Sequence record: LC765218.1
Direction: 5' to 3' (one strand)
From: Pseudomonas phage BRkr
DNA: 64,000 bases
Shown here: piece by piece, positions 47,245 to 56,238 of the stretch
How the letters are laid out: every line of letters starts with the position of its first letter
How positions within the stretch are numbered: position 1 is the first letter of the stretch
Program-made: the position numbers and the translations under genes
Notes under the pieces: generated by a model
The model's input: only the letters and a program-made list of their open reading frames with translations
Database searches by the model: none
What the model was told of the DNA's origin: nothing

Positions 47245-47637
47245 ATGGATCAAGAATTCCATCGCCTTCGTCGTAATGAACTTTATATCCTTGAACACGA
47301 TGCAATCTCAATGGCATTGTTCAGGTTCATTCTCGATAAAGTTACACCAGAGAAGCTTCCATATATCCTCAACAACATCACTGGTCCAGATAACCACTCG
47401 GTTGATGTGAGGATTGATTGGAAATCTGAAGCACCAGAACGTTTCATCGTTCATATCACGGCAACTCGTGACAAAGAGACATCTTGGATCGAATATGAAT
47501 TCGACATAGACTGCATGAACCATTTGACGATCTTTAAGAAATATCGTCAAGGAAGTCGCTCCGAGGGTTGGATGAGAAGTCTTCTTCATGAAGTGCTTCG
47601 CTACGTAGCCCAGAACTGCGATGCATTAAAAGCTTAA
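47245..47637 (+). CDS. hypothetical protein (130 aa)
   Basis: ORF followed by the terminator at 47649. Confidence 0.45.
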   Translation: MDQEFHRLRRNELYILEHDAISMALFRFILDKVTPEKLPYILNNITGPDNHSVDVRIDWKSEAPERFIVHITATRDKETSWIEYEFDIDCMNHLTIFKKYRQGSRSEGWMRSLLHEVLRYVAQNCDALKA

Positions 47638-47648
47638 GGTGCATAAAG

Positions 47649-47685
47649 CCCTCTCCTTCGGGAGAGGGTACTCTATCTTTTTCTT
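47649..47685 (+). terminator. terminator ccctctccTTCGggagaggg + T-rich tail
   Basis: 8-bp stem. Confidence 0.6.
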
Positions 47686-47700
47686 TACCGTTAAAGATTA

Positions 47701-47714
47701 TCTCAGATCTACAT
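47701..47714 (+). promoter_or_regulatory. class B motif TCTCAGATCTACAT (here extended into the palindrome ATCTACA-TCA-TGTAGAT)
   Basis: Third identical copy, 33 nt upstream of 47747. Confidence 0.45.
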
Positions 47715-47746
47715 CATGTAGATGATCATGAACTCATTACTAGGAG

Positions 47747-48232
47747 GTGTCCATGATAGAACTACATCCTATTTTGGAGGCGGTTGTACTTACAGCCATC
47801 CGTTCTTCTACCATGGCATGCGGTAGAGCGGACGAGCTTGAAGAGGAATATAGGGCATTCTTTGCCGAGCCTCAATTTAAGCGCCGGATTCCAATTAAAG
47901 ATAAGAAACATTGGTTCACAGTTGAAAGTGGTCAACAATTCCTTTATCGTGAACACGTGCTTGATTTAATGAGCGGTGTGGACGATGAGGATGATGACGA
48001 CGAAGACCTCGATGATACCCTAGACGAAGAGGATATGTCCAAACTTCGATTCTATCAATTGCAGATTGAAGATGGTCCGATCTATTATGGTTCATTCGAT
48101 CCGCTTGATCTAATCGATCTTGAAGATGCATATGAAACGGGTATTCTCCAAACTAAAACTTGGATGGACGTAATTCTCGTTAATTGTGGATTCTTTGTTG
48201 ATCCTAACGAGAAGATCCTTTTTCCTCAATAG
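47747..48232 (+). CDS. highly acidic protein (DDEDDDDEDLDD tract)
   Basis: ORF with a polyacidic tract. Confidence 0.45.
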   Translation: MSMIELHPILEAVVLTAIRSSTMACGRADELEEEYRAFFAEPQFKRRIPIKDKKHWFTVESGQQFLYREHVLDLMSGVDDEDDDDEDLDDTLDEEDMSKLRFYQLQIEDGPIYYGSFDPLDLIDLEDAYETGILQTKTWMDVILVNCGFFVDPNEKILFPQ

Positions 48233-48255
48233 TACTAACGCTTAACGTGGAGTAA

Positions 48256-48864
48256 ATGATGGATATTGTAGCAGAAGCATATCAGCAAGTTAAAGCTATC
48301 TTGGATACTCGCATCCCGGCGAACGTGCTTCCGCTATGGAAAGGGCATCACACAGTAGAGTTAGCAGCAGCTATTGGTGTAGGTTATACGATCGGTTCTG
48401 GTGAACGACGTAAAGGTTCTGGGCTACCGGTATGGACACATTTGCACAATGCAGCATCCATCGGTAAAATGTTTGGACTTGGTCCTGGCGAACAGGCTGC
48501 CTTGTGGTTACATGACATCGTCGAAGATAGTAGCTGGACTCTCGATGACGTTCTAACTCATTTCACGCCGTATATCACCAAACTTGTACAAGGTTTAACG
48601 CAGCCGAATTTTGATGCTCCTCGGAAAGTTCGAATCGATGCGTATCATCGGCAATTAGAAGAATGTTGTGACGTTACACAGACGTGCAAACTTATTGAAT
48701 CTCTCACCAACGTGTATGTCATCGTTGATGATGCTCCTAAGTTTGCGCCCGTCTTCCTCAAAGAGAAATTGGACCTCTATAATCGAATGACTAAAGCTCA
48801 TCCGGTAGTAAGAGATGTATTCAAGATTTTCTTAGACGAGGCATTTGCTAAACTGGAGGCTTAA
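48256..48864 (+). CDS. HD-domain phosphohydrolase (SpoT/Mesh1-like ppGpp-hydrolase-type HD)
   Basis: H...HD signature: HTVELAAAI followed by ALWLHDIVEDS, matching the RelA/SpoT HD motif LHDVIEDT. Confidence 0.55.
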   Translation: MMDIVAEAYQQVKAILDTRIPANVLPLWKGHHTVELAAAIGVGYTIGSGERRKGSGLPVWTHLHNAASIGKMFGLGPGEQAALWLHDIVEDSSWTLDDVLTHFTPYITKLVQGLTQPNFDAPRKVRIDAYHRQLEECCDVTQTCKLIESLTNVYVIVDDAPKFAPVFLKEKLDLYNRMTKAHPVVRDVFKIFLDEAFAKLEA

Positions 48865-49136
48865 TGTCATACTACCTTGCTTTTATAGTTGGTATAGTAA
48901 CCGCCTATATCTCTGCTTATCATGAGAGTGTAGCGATAGTTATGTTCATAGGTACATCCATCTGGTTCTACCTTTATATACAACTGGAAGCACGTGGTAT
49001 TTGGAAAGATATTTTCAAATGGTCACCCGTGTGGTATAAACGTTGGGTAATTGGACATAACTTTTTGATGCCATGCGTATTCGCTATATGGATTGGCTAT
49101 CTGGTCGGTCCAATTGTAGAGTCGTATGCTATCTAA
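48864..49136 (+). CDS. small membrane protein (3 predicted TM; 90 aa)
   Basis: Hydrophobic segments YLAFIVGIVTAYISAY, AIVMFIGTSIWFYLYI and CVFAIWIGYLVGPIV. Confidence 0.4.
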   Translation: MSYYLAFIVGIVTAYISAYHESVAIVMFIGTSIWFYLYIQLEARGIWKDIFKWSPVWYKRWVIGHNFLMPCVFAIWIGYLVGPIVESYAI

Positions 49137-49141
49137 ACATA

Positions 49142-49170
49142 GTCCTCCCTTCGGGGAGGACTTTATGTTG
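49142..49170 (+). terminator. terminator gtcctcccTTCGgggaggac + TTTATG
   Basis: 8-bp stem. Confidence 0.65.
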
Positions 49171-49243
49171 GATGGATATTACATTTAAAACATTTGAATC
49201 ACTACATAACAAACTTGACATATACTCAAAAGAGGTTAAGGAG

Positions 49244-49600
49244 ATGAAACGCTATATAATCGCTTTTCTGATCATGATGTTTACTGGTTGCCAACCATCG
49301 TTCGCTGAACGTGATCAACAGATAACCGAAAAATCCTGTAAGATCGCTGTATCTATGTCCCGCGATGTTATCAAGATCTTTCGGAATGGCGGTGACCAGT
49401 TCCAAGCAATGTCCTATTTGAATAAGCGCATGGGCGACACTGATAACGATGACATTCGTACTGGTGCCATCTATGCACAAGTTCTTGTAATAGATATTAA
49501 ACGCAACATAACTAAACGTTTTCCTGATAAAGATATTATTCAGGCCGTAATCGAAAGTTGTGAAGCTAACATGGGTTACAAATTCGCAGGGAGTAAATGA
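49244..49600 (+). CDS. lipoprotein (signal peptide with lipobox FTGC)
   Basis: MKRYIIAFLIMMFTGCQPSFA; AAGGAG RBS; start moved from 49073. Confidence 0.5.
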   Translation: MKRYIIAFLIMMFTGCQPSFAERDQQITEKSCKIAVSMSRDVIKIFRNGGDQFQAMSYLNKRMGDTDNDDIRTGAIYAQVLVIDIKRNITKRFPDKDIIQAVIESCEANMGYKFAGSK

Positions 49601-50052
49601 ATATGTTCGTTCGTCTTATTGTAGGTTTTGTAATGATAGCGGTAATGAGCGTGGCCAATGCAGCGCCGGTACCTAAAGGTTTCATGCGGGATATCCGGAT
49701 GGTTGACACTGAGCTCTGCGAAAAAGTCGAGATTATCGCGACTGCTCTTGCCATCGATAACATGCAGAGTTCTGTGGGTGCACGGGATCTTTCTCAACAA
49801 GTAGTTACTGCTCTTCTTAATAACGAGAGCAAAGACCCAACCAGTTGGGCAACATTCCATTTCATTTCGGTCTATTCGCCAACGTTGCACGGTAACCTCT
49901 ACAGTAAAACCTACCGGCTTAGCTGGCTTAATCTGAAAGGTAATCTCAGCCAATACCCTGATTTTATTGGCGGTGCAGCTTACCTCGATTGCAAAAAAGC
50001 AATCGGCACTAAGTTCGAATACCTTCGTCCTATTGTAGGTCGCGCCCTTTAA
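49597..50052 (+). CDS. secreted protein (signal peptide)
   Basis: MNMFVRLIVGFVMIAVMSVANAAPVP. Confidence 0.5.
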   Translation: MNMFVRLIVGFVMIAVMSVANAAPVPKGFMRDIRMVDTELCEKVEIIATALAIDNMQSSVGARDLSQQVVTALLNNESKDPTSWATFHFISVYSPTLHGNLYSKTYRLSWLNLKGNLSQYPDFIGGAAYLDCKKAIGTKFEYLRPIVGRAL

Positions 50053-50066
50053 ACTGAGGATATTTC

Positions 50067-50516
50067 ATGAAACATGTAGCAGCTCTATTTCTTCTCGTCT
50101 TGTCCTTTGCAGTCAATGCGAATAATTATCTCGTGTTGAACGATGACGTATGTGCGCTGGTTTATCAAACCAGCATCGTTGTCGGTAATCAGATTGAGGA
50201 GAAGAACGCTAATTCTGATCAAGCTTCGATTGCTGTTCAGAATGCGTATTGGACTCTATGGAATAAAGTGAAAGACATGCCGAAATCCATGGAGTACGAA
50301 ATCACTGCAAACCTTACGGCTCTGTGGTATATCAAAGACAAGATCGTTAACTTCCATGTTGACATTACGCGATACAGGAAACAGTTTGGTCCAAATGGTT
50401 TTAATGGGATGACTGCGACCGATCGTGCGGCTGAAAGATTGTTTTCTGCATGTCGGATGAGTAAGAGTTTCGATCCTAAACCTTTTACGGTGCCTAACCC
50501 AGCCGATAAGAAATAA
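50067..50516 (+). CDS. secreted protein (signal peptide)
   Basis: MKHVAALFLLVLSFAVNANN. Confidence 0.5.
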   Translation: MKHVAALFLLVLSFAVNANNYLVLNDDVCALVYQTSIVVGNQIEEKNANSDQASIAVQNAYWTLWNKVKDMPKSMEYEITANLTALWYIKDKIVNFHVDITRYRKQFGPNGFNGMTATDRAAERLFSACRMSKSFDPKPFTVPNPADKK

Positions 50517-50524
50517 ATGCATAT

Positions 50525-50546
50525 GCCCTCTCCTTCGGGAGAGGGC
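50525..50546 (+). terminator. terminator gccctctccTTCGggagagggc
   Basis: 9-bp stem; followed by TGTATG, a weaker T-run. Confidence 0.55.
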
Positions 50547-50563
50547 TGTATGTACTAAAATTT

Positions 50564-50584
50564 TTTTCAAATCTATATTACGTA
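50564..50584 (+). promoter_or_regulatory. class A promoter-like motif (TTCAAATCTATATTACGT)
   Basis: CTATATTAC 31 nt upstream of the ATG at 50612. Confidence 0.5.
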
Positions 50585-50611
50585 TTTGCTGAATCCATAA
50601 GGACTTTACAA

Positions 50612-50782
50612 ATGACGTATAAGAGGAAACAGTCTATCTGGTTAATGATAATTGGACTAATCGTCTTTGTCATTATTGCCTGTATCTACACGAAGAAACA
50701 CGCTGAACGTCAAGTTGAGCAATGTAAAAAATATCCCCTTTCTTGTCAAGAGGTAGTTACACATGTCCAGTCGTTCCGCTGA
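50612..50782 (+). CDS. small single-pass membrane protein (56 aa), below the ORF-track cutoff
   Basis: First ATG after the class A motif; TM segment IWLMIIGLIVFVIIACIY. Overlaps the start of 50763..50957 by 20 nt. Confidence 0.3.
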   Translation: MTYKRKQSIWLMIIGLIVFVIIACIYTKKHAERQVEQCKKYPLSCQEVVTHVQSFR

Positions 50783-50957
50783 TCGTCTTCAAGTACTTGT
50801 AAATGGTGGTAAATCGGTTATCGCTACAAACCCAGATATCGCAAAACGTATCGCCAGTCTTGAGATAGGTTGGGAAGAACGTTCTGGTGAATTACTTCCC
50901 ACTGTAAAAATTACATTCCGAGATCCAGAACCTTTGAGGGGTGGTGTAATTGGCTAA
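50763..50957 (+). CDS. hypothetical protein (64 aa)
   Basis: ORF with AGAGG upstream. Confidence 0.35.
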   Translation: MSSRSADRLQVLVNGGKSVIATNPDIAKRIASLEIGWEERSGELLPTVKITFRDPEPLRGGVIG

Positions 50958-51444
50958 CAAGATCGCAATAATCCACGGTACATGGATGCCTGATCCAGAT
51001 AATGAGACCGGCTGGGAACTCGCTGTCGTTCCGCTTGTTCAGACGTATTGCAATTCAAATTGTACTCGTTATATCCCTGGTGGTCAATTCAGTCTGATTA
51101 ATCTGACTGATGATACTGTTCTCGATAAGGCTATTAATAACTCAATGTCATTTACGCATGACATTGAAACTTTTATCAAGGTAACAAATAAACCAGGTAT
51201 TCATCGAATGACACCTGTTCCTAAAACAGGTAGTATCACCATGCATAATCTCGGCCAGTTGGACGATGAAGGTGAAGAGTATGATGTTTACCTGATGATC
51301 CCAAGTAATATTAATGCCGCTCTTAAAGACCGGTGTTTTGAATGGGATGGAATGTACTTACTGAGAGACATCGAGGTTGAAGAAGATGAGCTGTTGGAAT
51401 TGGCTACCTTGGAACTTCTCAAGCAAGTCCGCTTCGGTGAATGA
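50950..51444 (+). CDS. hypothetical protein (164 aa)
   Basis: ORF only. Confidence 0.45.
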   Translation: MANKIAIIHGTWMPDPDNETGWELAVVPLVQTYCNSNCTRYIPGGQFSLINLTDDTVLDKAINNSMSFTHDIETFIKVTNKPGIHRMTPVPKTGSITMHNLGQLDDEGEEYDVYLMIPSNINAALKDRCFEWDGMYLLRDIEVEEDELLELATLELLKQVRFGE

Positions 51445-51832
51445 CTCAAATGTCACGTCACTAAATAAAAAAGAGTTATCTTTTATGCTTCGAGATAGAA
51501 CCATTGTCATAGATTCTAAAGAAGAGTTCTATGACAAATATGTTCGCTACATGACAACTCAAATTCTTCGGGATATCCGTTCTGAAATGGAATTGGATGA
51601 TTATGGTGGAAATTACGCGAACGTAAAATATGATTCGTCTGGAGCAGCCTGGTTCGAAATACATGTATCCCACATACTCACAAAAGAGTTAAAACTCTCT
51701 CTAAGAGAAGCAATGGGTAAGCATGGTTGGTCAATTGAAATCATTGATGAGGCTAGCCCTACTAATGAAACAGGTGAGTCAATTGTGACCCGTATTAAAA
51801 TCTATCTCACTCATGGAGAGCTTGTCCGATGA
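51437..51832 (+). CDS. hypothetical protein (GTG start at 51437, or ATG at 51485)
   Basis: GTGA overlap with the upstream stop. Confidence 0.35.
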   Translation: MNDSNVTSLNKKELSFMLRDRTIVIDSKEEFYDKYVRYMTTQILRDIRSEMELDDYGGNYANVKYDSSGAAWFEIHVSHILTKELKLSLREAMGKHGWSIEIIDEASPTNETGESIVTRIKIYLTHGELVR

Positions 51833-52173
51833 CCCTTGGTATTTCAAAATCGCTTCTGGAAGATGCAATCAAAACTCTCCGGATGGAAACCGACAATTGT
51901 TCTATTCCGACAAAAAGTGAAGTTATTGCGATGCTGGTAGAACGCCAGGCTAATGAAGTCTGTGCAAGCATCCGTAAAAAGATCCTTGAAGATCTACCTG
52001 GTTTCAATAACTTCCATTATGTCAGAAACTATGAGATTGTTGTCGAACATAAAGACGACATTGCTTTGTCTGTAAAGAAAGTTGTTAAAGCGCGGTTGAA
52101 AGAAGCAGGATGGACGAAGGTAGAGTTCTGCGAACATAGTTGCGGTATTACAAAGATCAGGATCAAGCTATGA
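51829..52173 (+). CDS. hypothetical protein (114 aa)
   Basis: ATGA coupling. Confidence 0.45.
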   Translation: MTLGISKSLLEDAIKTLRMETDNCSIPTKSEVIAMLVERQANEVCASIRKKILEDLPGFNNFHYVRNYEIVVEHKDDIALSVKKVVKARLKEAGWTKVEFCEHSCGITKIRIKL

Positions 52174-52592
52174 AAAACACCCGTTTAGTAGAAGTGGCTA
52201 AACATGCCTATTGTTTAATCGGTGGTCTGCCTGAGCCAGAAGACCTTGATGAAAATGAAAAAGAATACTGGGCGACTATACCGAGTGAAGACATCAAACT
52301 TGCTTCGCATTGGAAACTCGTATCTACCGGTCCTCTTTACGACCTCCTGATGAAGTTTAGTAAAATAGACCACGATCGAGTTAACCCTTATCCGGGTGGT
52401 CCCACTCTTAACACCGATGAACTTGAAACATTCAGGATTCCAGGTGAAGATGAGGGTGCTTTGATTTGGCGTGATGTCTGTATCACGTGGTACAAACGAC
52501 CAGGGCGTTGCATGTGTGCTTCAAGGGATCTCACCGATGAAGAACTCGTGCAACTAGAACAAGAACTCAACAAAGCGATCGAAAAACCATGA
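52170..52592 (+). CDS. hypothetical protein (140 aa)
   Basis: ATGA coupling; start moved from 52140. Confidence 0.45.
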   Translation: MKNTRLVEVAKHAYCLIGGLPEPEDLDENEKEYWATIPSEDIKLASHWKLVSTGPLYDLLMKFSKIDHDRVNPYPGGPTLNTDELETFRIPGEDEGALIWRDVCITWYKRPGRCMCASRDLTDEELVQLEQELNKAIEKP

Positions 52593-52957
52593 CCGTATAT
52601 TTCGAAGGCACTGGTGAACCGCGCGCAGCCACGTTCAGTGAAGTACGTGATCTGTTTATAGACGCGGTAAATAGTAAACGAGATGAAATTCTCGCTGAAG
52701 CTGAACAAGGTAAGTATGAGGCATATGTCAATCCGAATGCTGCCATGGCGGATGATATTGTCTCTGGTGTACTCGGTGTGATTGAAGGTAACCATCCCGA
52801 CTGTCCCGGTTTTTCACTCATTCCTAAGGTGGGTGAAGAAGAAAAAGCCGAAGCTATTGAAGCAGGTGGAAACTGGATTCCATTCGCATCTGAAGATGTG
52901 GAAGCAATCGATATTTCCGATGGGGTAGTTGATTATTTCAAATTGGTAAACAGCTAA
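52589..52957 (+). CDS. hypothetical acidic protein (122 aa)
   Basis: ATGA coupling. Confidence 0.45.
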   Translation: MTVYFEGTGEPRAATFSEVRDLFIDAVNSKRDEILAEAEQGKYEAYVNPNAAMADDIVSGVLGVIEGNHPDCPGFSLIPKVGEEEKAEAIEAGGNWIPFASEDVEAIDISDGVVDYFKLVNS

Positions 52958-53457
52958 TGAACTACAGTATCATCGAAGCTCCCATTCTTGTGAAGATGTC
53001 CCTACGTTCGATCATAGAGAACAAACTTTACGAACAATCCGGTTCACTCTGTCGTTATATCAAAACCATTCTGAAAAATGGTACCGTGAGACGTTACCGT
53101 GTGGTAATGGCGATCGATGATACTGATGGTGCACTGGTTGGTTATATCTTGCACAATACTGGCCGTCGTAATCTCTGTATGTTCTACGTTAAACCCGAAT
53201 TCCGGCGAAAAGGCGTCGGTTCAGGTATGGTGAAAGAACTACGACGATTGACTGGTTCAAAACTTCTACGTGGTTATTATGGTTTCCATGGATACCAACA
53301 TTTCTACGAGAAGCATTACATCTACCAAGTCGATGCTGACTTCACGACTGAAGAAACTAAACGCATTCTGAGGGGTGAAGTTAAAGCATCATCCATTCTG
53401 AAATACCGGCAACACAAACTACGTCTTAAAACCAAACAACTTGTAGGAGAAGCTTAA
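52957..53457 (+). CDS. GNAT-family N-acetyltransferase
   Basis: Acetyl-CoA motif A: FYVKPEFRRKGVGSGMVKEL (R-x-x-G-x-G). Confidence 0.55.
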   Translation: MNYSIIEAPILVKMSLRSIIENKLYEQSGSLCRYIKTILKNGTVRRYRVVMAIDDTDGALVGYILHNTGRRNLCMFYVKPEFRRKGVGSGMVKELRRLTGSKLLRGYYGFHGYQHFYEKHYIYQVDADFTTEETKRILRGEVKASSILKYRQHKLRLKTKQLVGEA

Positions 53458-53747
53458 TGGCTACTCAACTGATTGGCGCTGCTGTAGAAGTACGTACTGA
53501 GGCAATTGAACTGTTCAAGAACAAAGTTCGTGAACTCAGTAAAGATGACACCAACGACGGCAATGATGTTCTTTGCGGGGCAGCTGCTGCCGCTATTGAC
53601 TATGCGGTGGGTGGTGTTCTCGACGCTGTTGAAAACCATTACGAGGATATCATCACTGGGTCTACCGACCACGATGAAGACCCTGGTGTGAATCTCACTT
53701 GTGTCTCCGGGCTCTCGGAAACCTACTTCGAGTCCGTGAATACCTGA
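53457..53747 (+). CDS. hypothetical protein (96 aa)
   Basis: TAATG coupling. Confidence 0.4.
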   Translation: MATQLIGAAVEVRTEAIELFKNKVRELSKDDTNDGNDVLCGAAAAAIDYAVGGVLDAVENHYEDIITGSTDHDEDPGVNLTCVSGLSETYFESVNT

Positions 53748-54088
53748 TGAAGGTTCCTTCGTTAGATTGGAACGATCCAGACCTTGACTCCTTGCTCCGA
53801 GTGAGTGGGGAGTTTTCTGCCGTTGTTATCGACCTTGAGAAATCCATTATCAATGTCGGTGTTGCAATGTTAAATGATCTTCTGGATAAAGCAACGGTTG
53901 ACGTGGTTGACAAGACGGGTATAGCTGAAGGACCTGTCCGTGAATGGCTAACTGACTTTGCTTACAAGCTCGGTGACATTAACCTCTCCGCTGTGAAAAT
54001 GGTGGAGAACCATTCTCTGGATACTTCAGCTGCTAGTCACGTTGTGGGTTCCATCTACTCCTATCACTACGACAGGGTTAACACATGA
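53747..54088 (+). CDS. hypothetical protein (113 aa)
   Basis: ATGA coupling; start moved from 53699. Confidence 0.4.
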   Translation: MKVPSLDWNDPDLDSLLRVSGEFSAVVIDLEKSIINVGVAMLNDLLDKATVDVVDKTGIAEGPVREWLTDFAYKLGDINLSAVKMVENHSLDTSAASHVVGSIYSYHYDRVNT

Positions 54089-54300
54089 GTGATCCGGCTA
54101 ACGCTCTTATCGAGTATTACGCATCTCGTGGTCTTAGTGGCGTAATGGCTACACATGAACTACATACACAGATCAACGGCGATCACATCATCTTCGGTGG
54201 TGGTTGGACCGAGACAACAGAGAAAGCAGCATCATCGCTAAGGCGGCGAATGAAGCGTAGTTCCATAACCGAGGTGAATGTATGGAAGAAGCGAAAGTAG
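54085..54300 (+). CDS. hypothetical protein (71 aa)
   Basis: ATGA coupling. Confidence 0.4.
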   Translation: MSDPANALIEYYASRGLSGVMATHELHTQINGDHIIFGGGWTETTEKAASSLRRRMKRSSITEVNVWKKRK

Positions 54301-54617
54301 AATACCCCTACCATGATAACGAATTTCAGAGCGGGAAAACAAAATTCCTACAAGATGAAATTCGCGAACGGGTAGATGGCATCATCAATGAAGGTTTCGC
54401 TGATATTTCATATAACGGCGAAGGACGAATGATGTCTAAACTCTTCACTGATACTGCAAGAAAAGCTGCTTTGGCTACTATCGATGCTATTCAGACTCAT
54501 GGTCAAATCATGATCGTCGGTAGTGATGTGTACGATGAAGAGGGTAAAATCCGCCTCACTAGTACGCCGTGGTATCCTGATCTCACGCAATCTCTTTTTG
54601 AGGGAGTTAACACGTGA
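54282..54617 (+). CDS. hypothetical protein (111 aa)
   Basis: ORF in the chain. Confidence 0.4.
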   Translation: MEEAKVEYPYHDNEFQSGKTKFLQDEIRERVDGIINEGFADISYNGEGRMMSKLFTDTARKAALATIDAIQTHGQIMIVGSDVYDEEGKIRLTSTPWYPDLTQSLFEGVNT

Positions 54618-54958
54618 CTGATACGAAAGATGATTGTCCCTTTAAACCTACAAAAGAGTGGTTAAGAGCAAATGACTTATTCCTCCAAGAGTTTTCAGAA
54701 ACTCATGAAACGTTCAGCCGAGAAAATGTGCTCCGTTACACGGACGCTGCACAACAAGACGCGTTCGATGAAGGAATTAAAGAAGGTATCCTTCTGGCCC
54801 TTCGGTTCCTGAGTTCAGGTAACTATCGTTGCTCCAGGGATTATGACTCTAAGCTCAAGCGGAGTAAATCTGTAACTGATCGCGCTGTTGGTGTTAGGCT
54901 TATTTCTGATAATAACAATACCTTAGCAGATCAATATTTCAAACACGTTAATCAATGA
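54614..54958 (+). CDS. hypothetical protein (114 aa)
   Basis: GTGA coupling. Confidence 0.4.
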   Translation: MTDTKDDCPFKPTKEWLRANDLFLQEFSETHETFSRENVLRYTDAAQQDAFDEGIKEGILLALRFLSSGNYRCSRDYDSKLKRSKSVTDRAVGVRLISDNNNTLADQYFKHVNQ

Positions 54959-54965
54959 GGTAAGT

Positions 54966-55316
54966 ATGCATAATCTAAACATCGTTATTATTGGTAGTCC
55001 ATTCCTCTATGGAATCCTCACACTGATTTCGATTGGTCTGGCGGGATGGATTCTGTTCTCTAAAAAGAACTGGGTAAAACAACTTGGTTTTGCAAAACGC
55101 TTCCTCATCGCTTTGGTCATCGTAATCTTCTTCCAGTTGTCGCTGCTTCAAATTACCACTCCGGTGAAACAATCAGCGGTAACTCGATTCGATGCACCGC
55201 TGGTTGATCAATCAACTATCCCGGAAAAAGTTACCAAACCCCAAGATAATGTGTCGAAAGCTCAATCTTCTTTTGACGAACAACTCAAGAAATCTAAACA
55301 GGAAAACGCGCAATGA
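54966..55316 (+). CDS. membrane protein (3 TM segments)
   Basis: IVIIGSPFLYGILTLISIGLAGWILF and LIALVIVIFFQLSLLQI. Confidence 0.45.
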   Translation: MHNLNIVIIGSPFLYGILTLISIGLAGWILFSKKNWVKQLGFAKRFLIALVIVIFFQLSLLQITTPVKQSAVTRFDAPLVDQSTIPEKVTKPQDNVSKAQSSFDEQLKKSKQENAQ

Positions 55317-56179
55317 AAAAGTATATCCAATTTGTTTTTGCAATTCTGATCGCTCTCGCAGTTACCGGTTGTTCGTTTGAGGTTATTCCTCCGGCGCACA
55401 AAGGTAAGCTACTCACTGTTAACGGCTATTCCCCGGAAGTTCTCGAACCCGGTAAACTCACTGTCTATGGACGTGATCAACTCATCCTGCTGGATGGTTC
55501 GGTACAGACCAAAAACGAACAACTGACTGTAAAAATGGCAGATAAACTCGATCTGACTTTTACCGTTAGCTTCCGGACTCGCGTTGCTGGTAACGAACAA
55601 GTTATCAACGCCATGTTCAACTCGATCACCGTTGTTGACAACATCGTTACCCTGGATCAAGTTTACAGTATCTACGGGCGTGATGTAGTTAGCTCGGTTT
55701 CTCGTTCTGTGCTCGGCAAATATAAAGTCGAAGAAGTTCCTGCAAACTTCGATAAGATCACTGCTGATCTTCTGGCCAAACTCCAAGAAGCAATGAAAAA
55801 TTCTCCGCTTGAAGTATCTAACGTTACTCTCGGTAGTCTGAAGTATCCGAGTGTTATTACTGAAGCTATTGAGAAACAAGCTGAGCGTGAACTTGCTATT
55901 CAGACCGAGAATAACCAGCAAGCGATTGAAATGACCAAACGCACTAACGCCTTGAAACTGGCCGAAGCTGATCGTGAGGTTGAGCTGACTAAAGCACGTA
56001 CCCTGCGTGATCAGAACCAAATCGTTGCTGCGGGTATCAGCGAGAAGCTTCTGCAATATCGTGCTCTGGAAGTCCAAGAGAAAATGGCTAACAGTCTGGG
56101 TAACTCCGGCTCGTCCATCTTCGTTCCGTATGAAGCACTGAACAGCACTGGCATGAGCAATCGTGTATTCAGCAAGTAA
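55313..56179 (+). CDS. SPFH/Band-7 (HflK/C-, prohibitin-like) lipoprotein
   Basis: Lipobox LAVTGCS. The SPFH region and the coiled-coil tail EKQAERELAIQTENNQQAIEMTKRTNALKLAEADREVELTKARTLRDQNQIVAAG fit band-7 architecture. Confidence 0.6.
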   Translation: MKKYIQFVFAILIALAVTGCSFEVIPPAHKGKLLTVNGYSPEVLEPGKLTVYGRDQLILLDGSVQTKNEQLTVKMADKLDLTFTVSFRTRVAGNEQVINAMFNSITVVDNIVTLDQVYSIYGRDVVSSVSRSVLGKYKVEEVPANFDKITADLLAKLQEAMKNSPLEVSNVTLGSLKYPSVITEAIEKQAERELAIQTENNQQAIEMTKRTNALKLAEADREVELTKARTLRDQNQIVAAGISEKLLQYRALEVQEKMANSLGNSGSSIFVPYEALNSTGMSNRVFSK

Positions 56180-56184
56180 TCTAA

Positions 56185-56208
56185 GCTGCGCATCTTAGGG
56201 TGCGCAGC
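56185..56208 (+). terminator. hairpin gctgcgcaTCTTAGGGtgcgcagc
   Basis: 8-bp stem after the SPFH gene; weak T-run. Confidence 0.45.
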
Positions 56209-56238
56209 TATACCTTCTCTCTAATTAAGGATATGAAA

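Noticed and set aside
49215-49226. TTGACA immediately followed by TATACT upstream of the lipoprotein gene
   Set aside because: The hexamers abut with no spacer, so this cannot be a sigma70 promoter. The divergent class A variant (GATATTACA at ~49172) is the likelier signal.
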